Program-made: the position numbers and the translations under genes
NCBI GenBank assembly: GCA_965208615.1
Contig: CBDBPB010000004.1
Coordinates: 541,234 to 605,233, forward strand
Reading direction: 5' to 3'
Source of the DNA: Spirochaetota bacterium
GTDB lineage: Bacteria; Spirochaetota; UBA6919; CBDBPB01
DNA: 64,000 bases
The notes under the pieces: generated by a model
Told to the model about the DNA's origin: nothing
Databases searched by the model: none
Seen by the model: the letters and a program-made list of their open reading frames with translations, nothing else
Part shown: in pieces, positions 10,546 to 21,066 of the stretch
Layout: each line of letters opens with the position of its first letter
How positions within the stretch are numbered: position 1 is the stretch's first letter

Positions 10546-11796
10546 TTAGTCGACTTTATCATTTACATTGGGTTCTTCTGGACTAATTAACTCTATTCTA
10601 ACCCTTTCAATGGTCTTTGGAGTTAACTCTTCAACTATAAACTTAAGATTGCCTTTTTGTATGACCTCTTTTAGGTTAGGAAAACGGTTTAGCTCATCCA
10701 GTATCATTTTACCAACTGTACGATGATTTTCTATATCGGTGTTGAAGTGTTTGTTTACCTCTTCAACTAAAGTAAAGCCATGAGCAATAGCCTCTTTATC
10801 ATTAATCTCTAAAATATGATATTCACCTGTATCACCCTCATTAACTATATCTCCAACGATCTCTTCTAATATATCCTCTAAGGATACTAATCCAGCTGTC
10901 CCACCGTACTCATCCACCACAACAGCAGTATGAGACTGAGATATTCTTAATTCTTCCATAAGTTTATCTATTGGTTTATTCTCAGGAACAAATAAAATTT
11001 CTCTACTAAGCTCAGATAGTAAAATATCCTCATCGCCCTCACAAAGCCTTATTAGAGCATCAACCTTATACAATAATCCAATAACCTGATCAATATTCTC
11101 TTTATACAAAGGAAAACGTGAAAAAGGACTCTTCAATATATCATTTTTAGCATTTTTAAGTAATAAACTACCATCTAATGACTCCATAATAATCCTAGGG
11201 GTCATTATATCCTTAACTTTTATGTCGTTTAAAATTAATGCATTACTTATAATGGTCTCTTCTTCTTTTTCTAATACTCCTTGTCTGCTTCCTAAGGTTG
11301 CCAATACCTTAATCTCATCCTCAGATACAGACGGATAAACCTTTTTTCCAGTAAAAGGCTTTGTCATAATACCCAATAAAAACAATATAGGATAAAACAT
11401 CTTTGTTAGCCAATAAATAGGCTTAGCACCATATAGTGATATTTTATCAGCATAACGTTCTCCAATAGTTTTGGGTATAATCTCAGAAAATATTATAACC
11501 AAAAACGTAAACACTCCAGATATTAACCCTATCCATGGACTATCCAAGTACTCAGTGGTCAATACCCCCACTATAATAGATCCTACAATATTGGATATGT
11601 TATTAAGTATTACAATACTGGCAATTGGCTTTTGAATGGACTCTTTAATACTAAGAAGAATTGATGCAGAATTAACATCCCTTCTTACCCAGCCTCTAAC
11701 ACGGTTTATGGATACTGTAAATAAAGATGCCTCTACCATAGAACAAATGGCAGATAAAATTAAAACTATTATTATAGTAAGAATTATGTAAATCAT
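10546..11796 (-). CDS. HlyC/CorC (CNNM) family transporter: DUF21 + CBS pair + CorC domain
   Basis: EIIPKT, DIMTPR, FSRFP, VVDEYGGTAGLVSLEDILEEIVG. Confidence 0.9.
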   Translation of the reverse strand: MIYIILTIIIVLILSAICSMVEASLFTVSINRVRGWVRRDVNSASILLSIKESIQKPIASIVILNNISNIVGSIIVGVLTTEYLDSPWIGLISGVFTFLVIIFSEIIPKTIGERYADKISLYGAKPIYWLTKMFYPILFLLGIMTKPFTGKKVYPSVSEDEIKVLATLGSRQGVLEKEEETIISNALILNDIKVKDIMTPRIIMESLDGSLLLKNAKNDILKSPFSRFPLYKENIDQVIGLLYKVDALIRLCEGDEDILLSELSREILFVPENKPIDKLMEELRISQSHTAVVVDEYGGTAGLVSLEDILEEIVGDIVNEGDTGEYHILEINDKEAIAHGFTLVEEVNKHFNTDIENHRTVGKMILDELNRFPNLKEVIQKGNLKFIVEELTPKTIERVRIELISPEEPNVNDKVD

Positions 11797-12950
11797 CGTA
11801 CGGTAAAATGCTCTCTTTTAAGGCCTATAAAATATAACGAAATAAAAAGTGTAAGTAAAGAAAGAAATCCACAATAATAGAATAAAACGCTATATCCGTA
11901 ATACTCAGTTAGTTGACCAGCAACAACTATTCCAAATATACTACCCAAACCAAAAGCAATTATAGAAAATGTGGATATACCACAAGTTCTGAATATAGCT
12001 TTAAATTTATGATCAATATAGCTTATGGACGTTGCTAAAAACAGTCCAAATGATAGTGAGTGAATAAGCTGTGATAACAATATTATCACAGGATTATTAA
12101 AACTCCCTAAAATAAACCATCTTAATGCCGTCATCAAGAAAACTACATTCAATAACATAAACCAATTCACCATAGATAATATGTTTTTGGAGTACTTAAG
12201 TAAAACTACCTCGCTAAGAACTGCTAACATGCTGGCAATACCTACAAAAAGCTTGCTATATCCCAGCTCTATTAAAAATACACCAAAAAATATATGATAA
12301 CCTGCTAAACCTGCAATATGAAAAAAACATAATAATAAAAAGATTATTAACTCTTTATCTTTTAATATAATAATAAATTGGGATACATGAGGCTTACTAT
12401 CCCCACTAACCCTAACCCTAACCTTTAACGTACTCAAAAAACAAAAGAATAAATAAAAACTCATTCCATACAACACAAACCTAATCGATAAATAATCCAA
12501 TACTAAACCCAAAGATAATGCCCCAAAAATAAAACCAATAGAACCCCACATCCGTATAGAACCGTAATCCGTATTGTGATTCGATACATAATCCAGAGTA
12601 GCACTATCTGTTAGTGGTATTATAGGATTACGAAAAGAAAAAAAGATAAAAGTCAAGATGATAAGATATATATATGAGTCTACGACTAAGTAAAACAAAG
12701 ATAGAAAGAAACTTAAAAAAGTTATAATCTTAAGGAACTTCTCCTTAAAACTAAACTTATCAGAAAGATATGCAAAACTAAAACTAACAATTATATGACT
12801 AATAGGTCCAGTCATGGTTATAATGGATATTTGCTGATTATTAAAGCCAGCATTCTTAAGATAGACCGCAAAAAAGTTAAGAAAAATCCCCATAAATGCG
12901 AAGTTATTAAAATTAATAGATTGTAATGCTCTTCTCATATTTAATTGCAA
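11793..12950 (-). CDS. MFS transporter (HcaT / nucleoside:H+ symporter-like)
   Basis: About 12 hydrophobic helices; YGSIRMWGSIGF motif. Confidence 0.8.
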   Translation of the reverse strand: MQLNMRRALQSINFNNFAFMGIFLNFFAVYLKNAGFNNQQISIITMTGPISHIIVSFSFAYLSDKFSFKEKFLKIITFLSFFLSLFYLVVDSYIYLIILTFIFFSFRNPIIPLTDSATLDYVSNHNTDYGSIRMWGSIGFIFGALSLGLVLDYLSIRFVLYGMSFYLFFCFLSTLKVRVRVSGDSKPHVSQFIIILKDKELIIFLLLCFFHIAGLAGYHIFFGVFLIELGYSKLFVGIASMLAVLSEVVLLKYSKNILSMVNWFMLLNVVFLMTALRWFILGSFNNPVIILLSQLIHSLSFGLFLATSISYIDHKFKAIFRTCGISTFSIIAFGLGSIFGIVVAGQLTEYYGYSVLFYYCGFLSLLTLFISLYFIGLKREHFTVR

Positions 12951-12995
12951 CAGAACAAATAGTGCCTTTTTAAAAATGATAAGTAAAATAAGCCT

Positions 12996-13538
12996 CTAAG
13001 ATATAATATCTCTATTTTTACGCCAGATACCCTTTAGATATAGTAAAATCTTTAAACGCCACTCAAATATACTATTCTTTTTTATAAGTCCATGTTGACC
13101 AGCTGTAAAAGACGATAACACTGTTTTTATTACTGGGTTATCAGGATCAATTATAGAGGCCTCTTTAAAAATACGATATGCCCTGTCTATTTGCTTTTCT
13201 TTTAAGGCAAAATAACCGTCAAATATGGCCTCATTAATCTTCTCCTGTTTTTCTCTCTGTTTAGCAGTCATAACATTACGTTTAGAGAATATCCACAAAG
13301 ACAAATACATAAGGAGGTATATAACCAAAAAAAGAGTTATTTTATTTTCGTTAGTATTTAAGTTAAAAAATATCTTTTCAAGCTTAGGGATCAACGCAGC
13401 AATAGGAGTACAAATAGCAACTCCAGCAAGTGTCCACCAAAAATAGGCGTAGCGTTTATATAACGCAAGAATAAAAAATAATATGCCAGATAATATAATA
13501 GCAGCTATAAAAAGCAGAAGAAGACTATTAGCATTCAT
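12996..13538 (-). CDS. hypothetical membrane protein with TPR-like C-terminal helices
   Basis: Three N-terminal TM segments; AYRIFKEASIIDPDN. Confidence 0.6.
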   Translation of the reverse strand: MNANSLLLLFIAAIILSGILFFILALYKRYAYFWWTLAGVAICTPIAALIPKLEKIFFNLNTNENKITLFLVIYLLMYLSLWIFSKRNVMTAKQREKQEKINEAIFDGYFALKEKQIDRAYRIFKEASIIDPDNPVIKTVLSSFTAGQHGLIKKNSIFEWRLKILLYLKGIWRKNRDIIS

Positions 13539-13604
13539 ATACTAATATGTAATCCAACATTTAATGTACCTATAAATTCCATTAAAAATAACTATATTCA
13601 GTTA

Positions 13605-14108
13605 TTAGGTAATACTACTAGCATCACGAATAGACTCAATTTCTTCAAAGGATAATAACTTATTAATATCCAAAATAATTAGTAGATTATCATCGGAATC
13701 TCTACCAACACCAGATATATACTCACGGCCAATTCCAGCAACAACAGGAGGAGGAGGGAGAATCTGAGACATTGGTATACTAATTACTTTGGATATACCA
13801 TCAATTATAACTCCCATAACAAGATCTACCAGCCGTACAACAACTATACCTCTACTAGCCTCTTCACCACCTATAAGATTAAACCTCTTTTTTAAGTCAA
13901 TTATAGGTATGACATTGCCCCTAAGATTAATAACGCCTTCAACAAACTCAAGAGAATTAGGAATAGGAGTAATCCGTTCCATTTTAATAATCTCCTGAGT
14001 TTGCATAATATCAATGCCATACTTCTCACCGGCTAACATAAAGGTTACTAATTGCTTGATCTTATCATCTTTAACTGTTACCTTAGACTCATCCTTATCT
14101 TGACCCAT
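13605..14108 (-). CDS. cheW: chemotaxis coupling protein CheW
   Basis: LVTF, YGIDI, GVINLRGNVIPIIDL. Confidence 0.92.
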   Translation of the reverse strand: MGQDKDESKVTVKDDKIKQLVTFMLAGEKYGIDIMQTQEIIKMERITPIPNSLEFVEGVINLRGNVIPIIDLKKRFNLIGGEEASRGIVVVRLVDLVMGVIIDGISKVISIPMSQILPPPPVVAGIGREYISGVGRDSDDNLLIILDINKLLSFEEIESIRDASSIT

Positions 14109-14181
14109 AAGTTTTTATCCTTAAGTCTTATTATATATTTAAAATATATAAAATTGTCCAGATAAAATCAAACTATTTTTA

Positions 14182-16338
14182 TTAGCCAAAAATATTATAA
14201 TGTATCCACACAACAGCAGAGGCCGAGATAATAGATACCATACCCATAAGCTTTAACAAAATATTAATAGACGGACCAGACGTATCCTTAAAAGGATCAC
14301 CAACAGTATCCCCTACAACAGCGGCTTTATGATTATCAGAACCCTTTCCACCAAGATTACCAGCCTCAATATACTTTTTGGCATTATCCCAAGCTCCACC
14401 AGCATTAGCCATCATAATAGCCAGTGCAAAACCAGATACCAAAGAACCTGCTAAAAGAGCTACCACAGACTTAACTCCGAATAATATACCCACAAGCAAA
14501 GGAGCTATAATAGCTAATAACGTAGGTACTATCATCTCTTTTAAGGCACCCTTTGTACTAATATCAACACAAGAGGCATAATCAGGCTTAGTCTTACCTT
14601 CCATAATACCAGGAATCTCTCTAAACTGCCTTCTAACCTCCTCTACCATACTACCAGCAGCCCTACCCACCGCACTCATAGTCATTGCACTAAAGAAAAA
14701 TGGTAACATAGCTCCAATAAATAATCCAATTAGTACAAATGGATCAGTAATGTCATATACAAGCTTTGTTATTCCATAATCCTTAACCAAAGGCAGTATG
14801 CTCTGAGAATATGCCGCCAATAACGTAAGAGCAGTCAATGCCGCAGAACCAATAGCAAAACCTTTACCAGTAGCCGCAGTAGTATTACCAAGGGCATCCA
14901 GTGCATCAGTCTTCTCTCTAACTTCTGGAGGTAGTTCACTCATCTCGGCTACACCGCCAGCATTATCTGCCACAGGGCCATAAGCATCAGTAGCTAAGGT
15001 AATCCCAAGAGTGGATAGCATACCAATAGCCGCCATACCAATTCCATATAATCCATAATTCATATCATCAAAACCACCAGTAGCTGAAAAAGCACCAATA
15101 ATACCAATGACAATAGTTATAACAGGTATAACCGTAGACTGCATTCCAATAGCTAAACCACCAATAATAATAGTAGCAGGACCAGTGTTAGACTGCTCAG
15201 CTAACCTTTGCGTAGGCTTATACTCAAATGAGGTGTAGTATTCAGTAAAATAGCCGATAATATTACCCGCAACTAAACCAAGTATTACTGCCCAAAAAAT
15301 ACCCATTCCGCCCCAGCCTATCTCTATTGACATAGATTTTAAATAATATACAAAAGCAAAAGTACCAGCCACCATTAAAAAGGATGCAAAATATATACCT
15401 CTTCTAAGAGCCCATAAAAGGCTATGCATGGTAGCACCTTCTTTTGTCTTAACCAAAAAAGTGCCTACTATAGACGCTATAACACCAATAGCCGCTAAAA
15501 CTAGTGGAGCTGATACAAGAGATATAAACTGTACTGAATCAGTAAAGCTTATAGAAAATGCAACTGCGGCAATAGCCATAGTTGCCACTATAGAGCCAAT
15601 ATATGACTCATAAAGATCAGCACCCATTCCAGCAACATCACCTACGTTATCCCCAACGTTATCTGCTATAGTAGCTGGATTCCTTGGATCATCCTCTGGT
15701 ATACCAGCCTCAACCTTACCCACAAGATCAGCACCTACATCAGCGGCTTTAGTATATATTCCACCACCAACTCGAGCGAATAGTGCCATAGATGAGGCTC
15801 CAAGGCCAGATGTAATAAGAACTTCGGTAATAATAGTCATTTCTTTTGCAGTGTTATCAGCTATTTGAGTTAAAATCAAATACCAAGCCGATAAATGCAA
15901 TAAACCAAGTCCTACAACCAACATCCCCATAACAGCACCAGAACTAAATGCTACTCTAAGTCCACTATTTAATGACTTTTTTGCTCCCCATGCAGTACGA
16001 CTATTAGCATTTGTTGCCATTTTCATCCCAAAAAAACCAGCAAGCATAGAAAATATACCACCAGATAAAAATGAGAATGGAACAAGATAAGCATAGGATC
16101 CAAGTCTATTAGTATCCAGGCCCCACGCCTTTAAAAAAAGTAAAACAAATACCACAATAAAAAATATCGCTACAATAAAATATTGTCTTTTTAAATAAGC
16201 ACTAGCTCCTTCTCTTATATAACGAGAAATCTCTTTCATTTTATCAGTTCCCTCATCTTTACTCATAACCACTCTAGACGCAACAATGGCAAAGATAATT
16301 CCTCCTATGGCACCCAGCCATGATAACCAAGTCAACAT
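14182..16338 (-). CDS. hppA: membrane-integral K+-dependent, probably Na+-translocating pyrophosphatase
   Basis: GGGIYTKAADVGADLVGKVE, DNVGDNVGD, GNTTAA (Ala marks K+ dependence), GDTVGDPFKD. Confidence 0.93.
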   Translation of the reverse strand: MLTWLSWLGAIGGIIFAIVASRVVMSKDEGTDKMKEISRYIREGASAYLKRQYFIVAIFFIVVFVLLFLKAWGLDTNRLGSYAYLVPFSFLSGGIFSMLAGFFGMKMATNANSRTAWGAKKSLNSGLRVAFSSGAVMGMLVVGLGLLHLSAWYLILTQIADNTAKEMTIITEVLITSGLGASSMALFARVGGGIYTKAADVGADLVGKVEAGIPEDDPRNPATIADNVGDNVGDVAGMGADLYESYIGSIVATMAIAAVAFSISFTDSVQFISLVSAPLVLAAIGVIASIVGTFLVKTKEGATMHSLLWALRRGIYFASFLMVAGTFAFVYYLKSMSIEIGWGGMGIFWAVILGLVAGNIIGYFTEYYTSFEYKPTQRLAEQSNTGPATIIIGGLAIGMQSTVIPVITIVIGIIGAFSATGGFDDMNYGLYGIGMAAIGMLSTLGITLATDAYGPVADNAGGVAEMSELPPEVREKTDALDALGNTTAATGKGFAIGSAALTALTLLAAYSQSILPLVKDYGITKLVYDITDPFVLIGLFIGAMLPFFFSAMTMSAVGRAAGSMVEEVRRQFREIPGIMEGKTKPDYASCVDISTKGALKEMIVPTLLAIIAPLLVGILFGVKSVVALLAGSLVSGFALAIMMANAGGAWDNAKKYIEAGNLGGKGSDNHKAAVVGDTVGDPFKDTSGPSINILLKLMGMVSIISASAVVWIHYNIFG

Positions 16339-16617
16339 AAATCTACTCCTTTTAAGAATTGTAATTTTTAATTATAATTTATTATATATTAGGTTAGCTC
16401 TTAGTAATAAAAGCGTATAACAAAACTTTTTCTAATTTTATTTTTTTATTAAGCTGTACAAACTTTTTCAAATCATGATAAATATAATAAAAAAGTATTA
16501 GTTAGTGTATTAAATATATTAATTAAGAAACTTTATTTTTTTAATAAAGTCATTAAAAAGGATTAAGATATGGCTTGAAGCATAGTTAGTAAATTATAAT
16601 TTTTTAAAAAGCATTAT

Positions 16618-17841
16618 TTACTTATTTTTCAATCTTGCGGATTCACGTTTTTCTATACTTTTGGCTATTTTAGCTTCTTTTTTTAGTTCTCCTAGGTCAG
16701 TGCAGTGAATTTTTTTATTGTTATCTATCAGCTTAAATTTTTTATTTTTTAATAGTTCTGCCATAGCCTTTTTACCATCATTTTGACTAAGTCCAACCAT
16801 GTTAATTAATTCTTTTGCCCCAAATTCGAAGGTATAGGGGGCTTTTTCTATTTTAATTTTTTCTTTTTCGATTTGTAACAGCAAAGTATCAAACAGCTTT
16901 GCAAGCGGATTTTTAAGCAAGTTATTTTCTAGTTGTCGGGAGCCTGCCCACAATCTCTCACTAAGTATGGTAATTAGCCTAGTTGCTAACTGAGGCTGAG
17001 AAACTACCATTTGCTGAAAGTTTTCATTATTAACGGCCATAACAACAACATCGCCATAAGCAATTGCTGTTGCACTACGAGGTTTATTTTCCAAGATAGC
17101 CATTTCACCAAAAATATCTCCTGCTTTAAGTACAGCAATAAGTTTTTCACTATTATCAAGGACTTTAGTAATTTTAACCTGTCCTTGTTGGATAATATAA
17201 AGTTCATTACCTATTTCGTGTTCACAAAAGACAACGGTATTATCTTTAAAGGTTTTAGTAAAGCCTTTTTGATTATCAGGATTCATAGCATCCTTAGCAA
17301 GCGATGAAAGGGTAGATATTTTATTTTTTGCATCATCTATATTAGTATCATCGGGTTTGTACTGAACAAAACGGATATAAGCATAAAGAGCTTGGTTATA
17401 ATGTTTTATAGAGTTATAATAATTACCGATTGCATATAGTTGGCTCGGATCATCTTCAGCATGTTCTTTACCAGTTACCTCAACCATTTTTTTATCTAGT
17501 ATACGGAGTCGTTTACTAAATGACCGTATTATTTTCATTGCGATATTAGTATTATTCTGAATGAGGGCACCAAACTGATCTCTATTTACAGAGACCAAAA
17601 CAACATCAGTTTTTGATTGAGCGCTTTCTTCTCTTGGATGTCCACTCATACAAGAGATCAGCCCAAAGAACTCTCCTGGAGATAAAAGTGTTTCGCTATC
17701 ATCATTAAAAGTGATTTCTCTAGTGAGCAAGATTTTTCCTTCTTGTATAATAAAAAAAGAATCTATATCCTGTTTTCCTTCGATCATAACGAAGGCATTA
17801 GCTTTAAAGCTGATAATAGAGACTTTCAAGGATTCGGGCAT
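16618..17841 (-). CDS. Crp/Fnr-like regulator with two cNMP-binding domains and a central TPR
   Basis: GEFFG...PREESA and GDIFGEMAILENKPRSATA; TPR-like helices between them; C-terminal HTH-like segment. Confidence 0.8.
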   Translation of the reverse strand: MPESLKVSIISFKANAFVMIEGKQDIDSFFIIQEGKILLTREITFNDDSETLLSPGEFFGLISCMSGHPREESAQSKTDVVLVSVNRDQFGALIQNNTNIAMKIIRSFSKRLRILDKKMVEVTGKEHAEDDPSQLYAIGNYYNSIKHYNQALYAYIRFVQYKPDDTNIDDAKNKISTLSSLAKDAMNPDNQKGFTKTFKDNTVVFCEHEIGNELYIIQQGQVKITKVLDNSEKLIAVLKAGDIFGEMAILENKPRSATAIAYGDVVVMAVNNENFQQMVVSQPQLATRLITILSERLWAGSRQLENNLLKNPLAKLFDTLLLQIEKEKIKIEKAPYTFEFGAKELINMVGLSQNDGKKAMAELLKNKKFKLIDNNKKIHCTDLGELKKEAKIAKSIEKRESARLKNK

Positions 17842-18280
17842 ATAACATCCTCAACAAATAATGTTTATTTAATATAATTAATATAATATATGAAGTTAGT
17901 TTATTTTCAATTTCGTAAATATATGTTTTTTTTCGGAAAAAAGTTTATATTACTTAATATATAATTATTTAATAAAAATATATAGTAATTATATCAGAGA
18001 GGCATCCGAATTATAAAATAGTTCCAACAGTTATCCTATATATTTATTAAGATAGAGGATAGTTATTCTTTAGTAGTACTATTTTATAGTGGTACTATTT
18101 TATAGTGGTAAAATTCTACTAATGCACTTTTTGAATTTTGTTTCCAAAACTTTATCGTATAGATCATATAAGATGTATAGTTGTTACTAGTTGTTCTAGT
18201 AGTGTAGCTGAAAAGTATTCTAACTAATTTATCTATCTAAAGCTAAAAAATACAGATTATCAAGTTATAGAAAGAGTTTT

Positions 18281-18400
18281 GATGAAAGTAAAAAGGTTGT
18301 AAAAGAGGTTATTGACAATGGGGATAGATATAAACATGTAGGTTTAGACTTTGAGTTAGGGTTTATAAGCATATTTATTTTTTTTGTTAATGTTAAGGGG
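18281..18400 (+). pseudogene. decayed 3' remnant of a Pmp-like repeat gene
   Basis: Translates as DESKKVVKEVIDNGDRYKHVGLDFELG versus intact DENKKVVKDGDTYKLVKSELESGQ, followed by a copy of the conserved post-stop spacer ending TTAAGGGG. Confidence 0.6.
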
Positions 18401-18409
18401 ATATTATTT

Positions 18410-18843
18410 AATAATTCAGTTATCATTTTATGATAGAGTTATGACAAAGTCTACAAGGTAAAAAGCAATACATATAACGTAAAGGTAGACAGATTTTAGA
18501 TTTCTTTATGGAACAGGAAAGTTAAAATATTCATGGAAAAGTTATTTTCTTGTATCAAGCAGGTTATCCCACTATGCTCTTTAAGTGCTGTTTAAATGCT
18601 TCAGCAATGAGCACAAAATATCACTTTTTATGCAAGTAGTCATCACTACGAGAGCTATTAAGAATCCCTTACTGAGACTAAGAATTATAGACCTTTATTA
18701 AGTAATAACGGATTTGCCCTTCCATAAAGACGTAGAGCGAATTATTCAAATATCGCATATTGACTTTATATGTAAAGCTTCAAAAAGTATAGCTAATCCT
18801 CTGTGAGTAAATAACAAATAAAAAAATAATCTGCTAAAACCTT
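18410..18843 (+). ncRNA. dispersed structured non-coding element, copy A (candidate ncRNA or non-autonomous mobile element)
   Basis: Aligns over its length with copies B, C and D; no ORF; helices AAGC 18463-18466/GCTT 18777-18780 and TCTTTATGGAA 18503-18513/TTCCATAAAGA 18720-18730. Confidence 0.65.
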
Positions 18844-18912
18844 AACTAACAAAATGCCTGATAGAATGTTTTTTGTTATATTTTCTAAAACGTTTGTTAA
18901 CGCCTAGTACTA

Positions 18913-18941
18913 AAACAGTTAGGCTGTAAGTTAGTCCATAA
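18913..18941 (+). repeat. 29-bp direct repeat, left copy
   Basis: AAACAGTTAGGCTGTAAGTTAGTCCATAA, 27/29 identical to 20708-20736. Confidence 0.8.
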
Positions 18942-19038
18942 AGGGATAACAACATTCACCCACAATAAAAGTTAATATATAAAAATCTCAAGGCAAGGCG
19001 GGTTATCCTACTTTTCTAAAAAAGTAAAAAGTTTTTTT

Positions 19039-20695
19039 TTACGCTGTATAAGTTAGGTTTTTACTAGTACTATTATTAGATACATGATGGTTATTGTTCT
19101 GGCTCAGCAGTTGAAAAACCTTATCAAATTGAGATCCATAATCCGGATAATTATCTTTTAGCTTCTGAAGCTCTTTTGAGTCCAGCTTGTAGTCATTATA
19201 ATAATATTTAGCTGTACGGTTTTTAACATGATCAGGTAGACTGTCAGGTAAAATCTTGGCTATATTAACTTTATTACTAGCCTTACTAAAAACAGCATTC
19301 ATAATTCGGCCTTTGTTGTTAAAAGTATTTATATACTTTTGACTATCAGCACTGGATAAGCTTTTAGCATCTACGTTGTTAGTGAAGCCTGCATTAAGAA
19401 CTTTACCATTCCTATTAGTCATGAATACAATGTTTCCTGATTAATCGTCGGATGGATAAAAAAGATCTTTTCCTACTGCATATTTTCTATACAAAAATTG
19501 ATCAACCACCTAACAAAAGTGGAATAAATGAAGCCATGCCTGCAGAATAATAAATATCAGACCTGGAAACTCCTCTTTTACCTATAATTCCCTTTACATT
19601 TTCAAAATACTCGTAAGCTTTATTAGATTTATTTTCACCTTTAAATGAATGAAAGTTTCTATCTATACTTGCGATTGAAAGTAACTTGTTTCTGAAGTCC
19701 TTTACTAAGCAATAGCTTATATTATGAAAGAGTTTATCATGCTTTTCTTTAAATGTACTAAAAAGTGTAGGATAAACAATAGACCACTTTTTCACAATAG
19801 ACTTTCTATGCCCCATCTAAATTCATAATCTATTTTATCCTATTCATTCACTAGTTTATCACCATAACTATTCCCTTCAGCACCATAAATTGGAAAATAG
19901 CTCTTTAATAGCTTGATACCTAAAAACCTTACCTAAAGGACTATCATTATATTTATTTATACCCATTAGAATATTATAAGTCTTATAGGTATCTCTAAAT
20001 TGATTTAATAAATTATTGTCAGCACTAATCAAGTCCTCAAGATAACCAATAAGTTTTTTATGATCATCATCACTAAGTTTAATATTTCTATCTTTAATAA
20101 TCAGGCTATTAAAACTAACGTTATAACGTTCTCCTATCTCTTGAAGATATCCTGTCAACTCTGCATAGTTATAAGCTGAATTTCCATTGTCCTTACTTAT
20201 AATATCAAAAGCTTCTCCTTTGCCTATTTGTCTTAAAAGCGCACTAGTATTGTAGTAATAGCTTCTATTGACTCCTATAGCTTGATAAAACGAACCAAGC
20301 ATTTTTAGACTTTGATTATCTGTATTCTTTTTAAGATAAGTAAGAAGATCATCAGCCAACCACTTTTCATACATAAATCTAGTGAAAACACTTTTCTTTA
20401 ACATAGACTGTTCTAACTTTTTATCCCCTAATACGCCTCTAAGAAGTTTGTAATACCTAGTAATTTTAGTTGCTATGTCCATATGTAGAGTAAAGCCGTA
20501 AATATATTTATTCACGACGAGCTTAATCAATTTGTCTGCTGGAGAGGCTACTTTAAGGGGTTGAAAAGGCATATAATCCTTATGGGAACCGTAAGCCCTA
20601 CTAACATCGAAACTTTTGTAAATTAAGTTGTATAAACTATATATAATGACTATTGCTACAGTAATTACGAAGATAAAAGTTCGTTTTTTTCCCAT
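19039..20695 (-). pseudogene. fragmented gene for an N-terminally anchored hypothetical protein (ORF pieces 19877-20695, 19502-19816, 19039-19422)
   Basis: Three co-oriented ORFs separated by short gaps; the gap after the first reads as protein in a shifted frame (PIYGAEGNSYGDKLVNE*DKIDYEFRW); GGAGG RBS seen before the first piece. Confidence 0.5.
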
Positions 20696-20707
20696 TATAA
20701 ACCCTCC

Positions 20708-20736
20708 AAACAGTTAGGCTATAGGTTAGTCCATAA
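20708..20736 (+). repeat. 29-bp direct repeat, right copy
   Basis: AAACAGTTAGGCTATAGGTTAGTCCATAA, immediately upstream of the RBS of the 20695 ORF. Confidence 0.8.
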
Positions 20737-21066
20737 GGAGTAAATATTACTAATAACTCAAATGCTTAAATCTAAAATCTTTTATTATATTTATTATAAC
20801 TTTCGATAATACAACTAAAGTAAATCTGAAATAGCTATGTTAGTAAACATCCCAATATTAGTTTTTTTTTCTTGACATCCAAAAGAATTAGGGTTATACT
20901 TTAATATATAAAAAAAAGATTAAATCTGGCTACTTCTACTTAAGAATCGCAAATCAATCGAATACTACTAACTTCAAAATATAAGTAAATGTCTTTTATA
21001 AAACTTATAAATATTATAAAGTATTATAGCAATTAGGTTTAATTCATTAAGCTAAGAGGTACTAAA

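Noticed and set aside
18076-18110. 16-bp tandem duplication GTACTATTTTATAGTG x2
   Set aside because: Only two units in AT-rich spacer DNA; most likely slippage
18841-18925. Possible integron attC (CTAAC...GTTAGGC)
   Set aside because: L boxes are not complementary and no integrase is in the window
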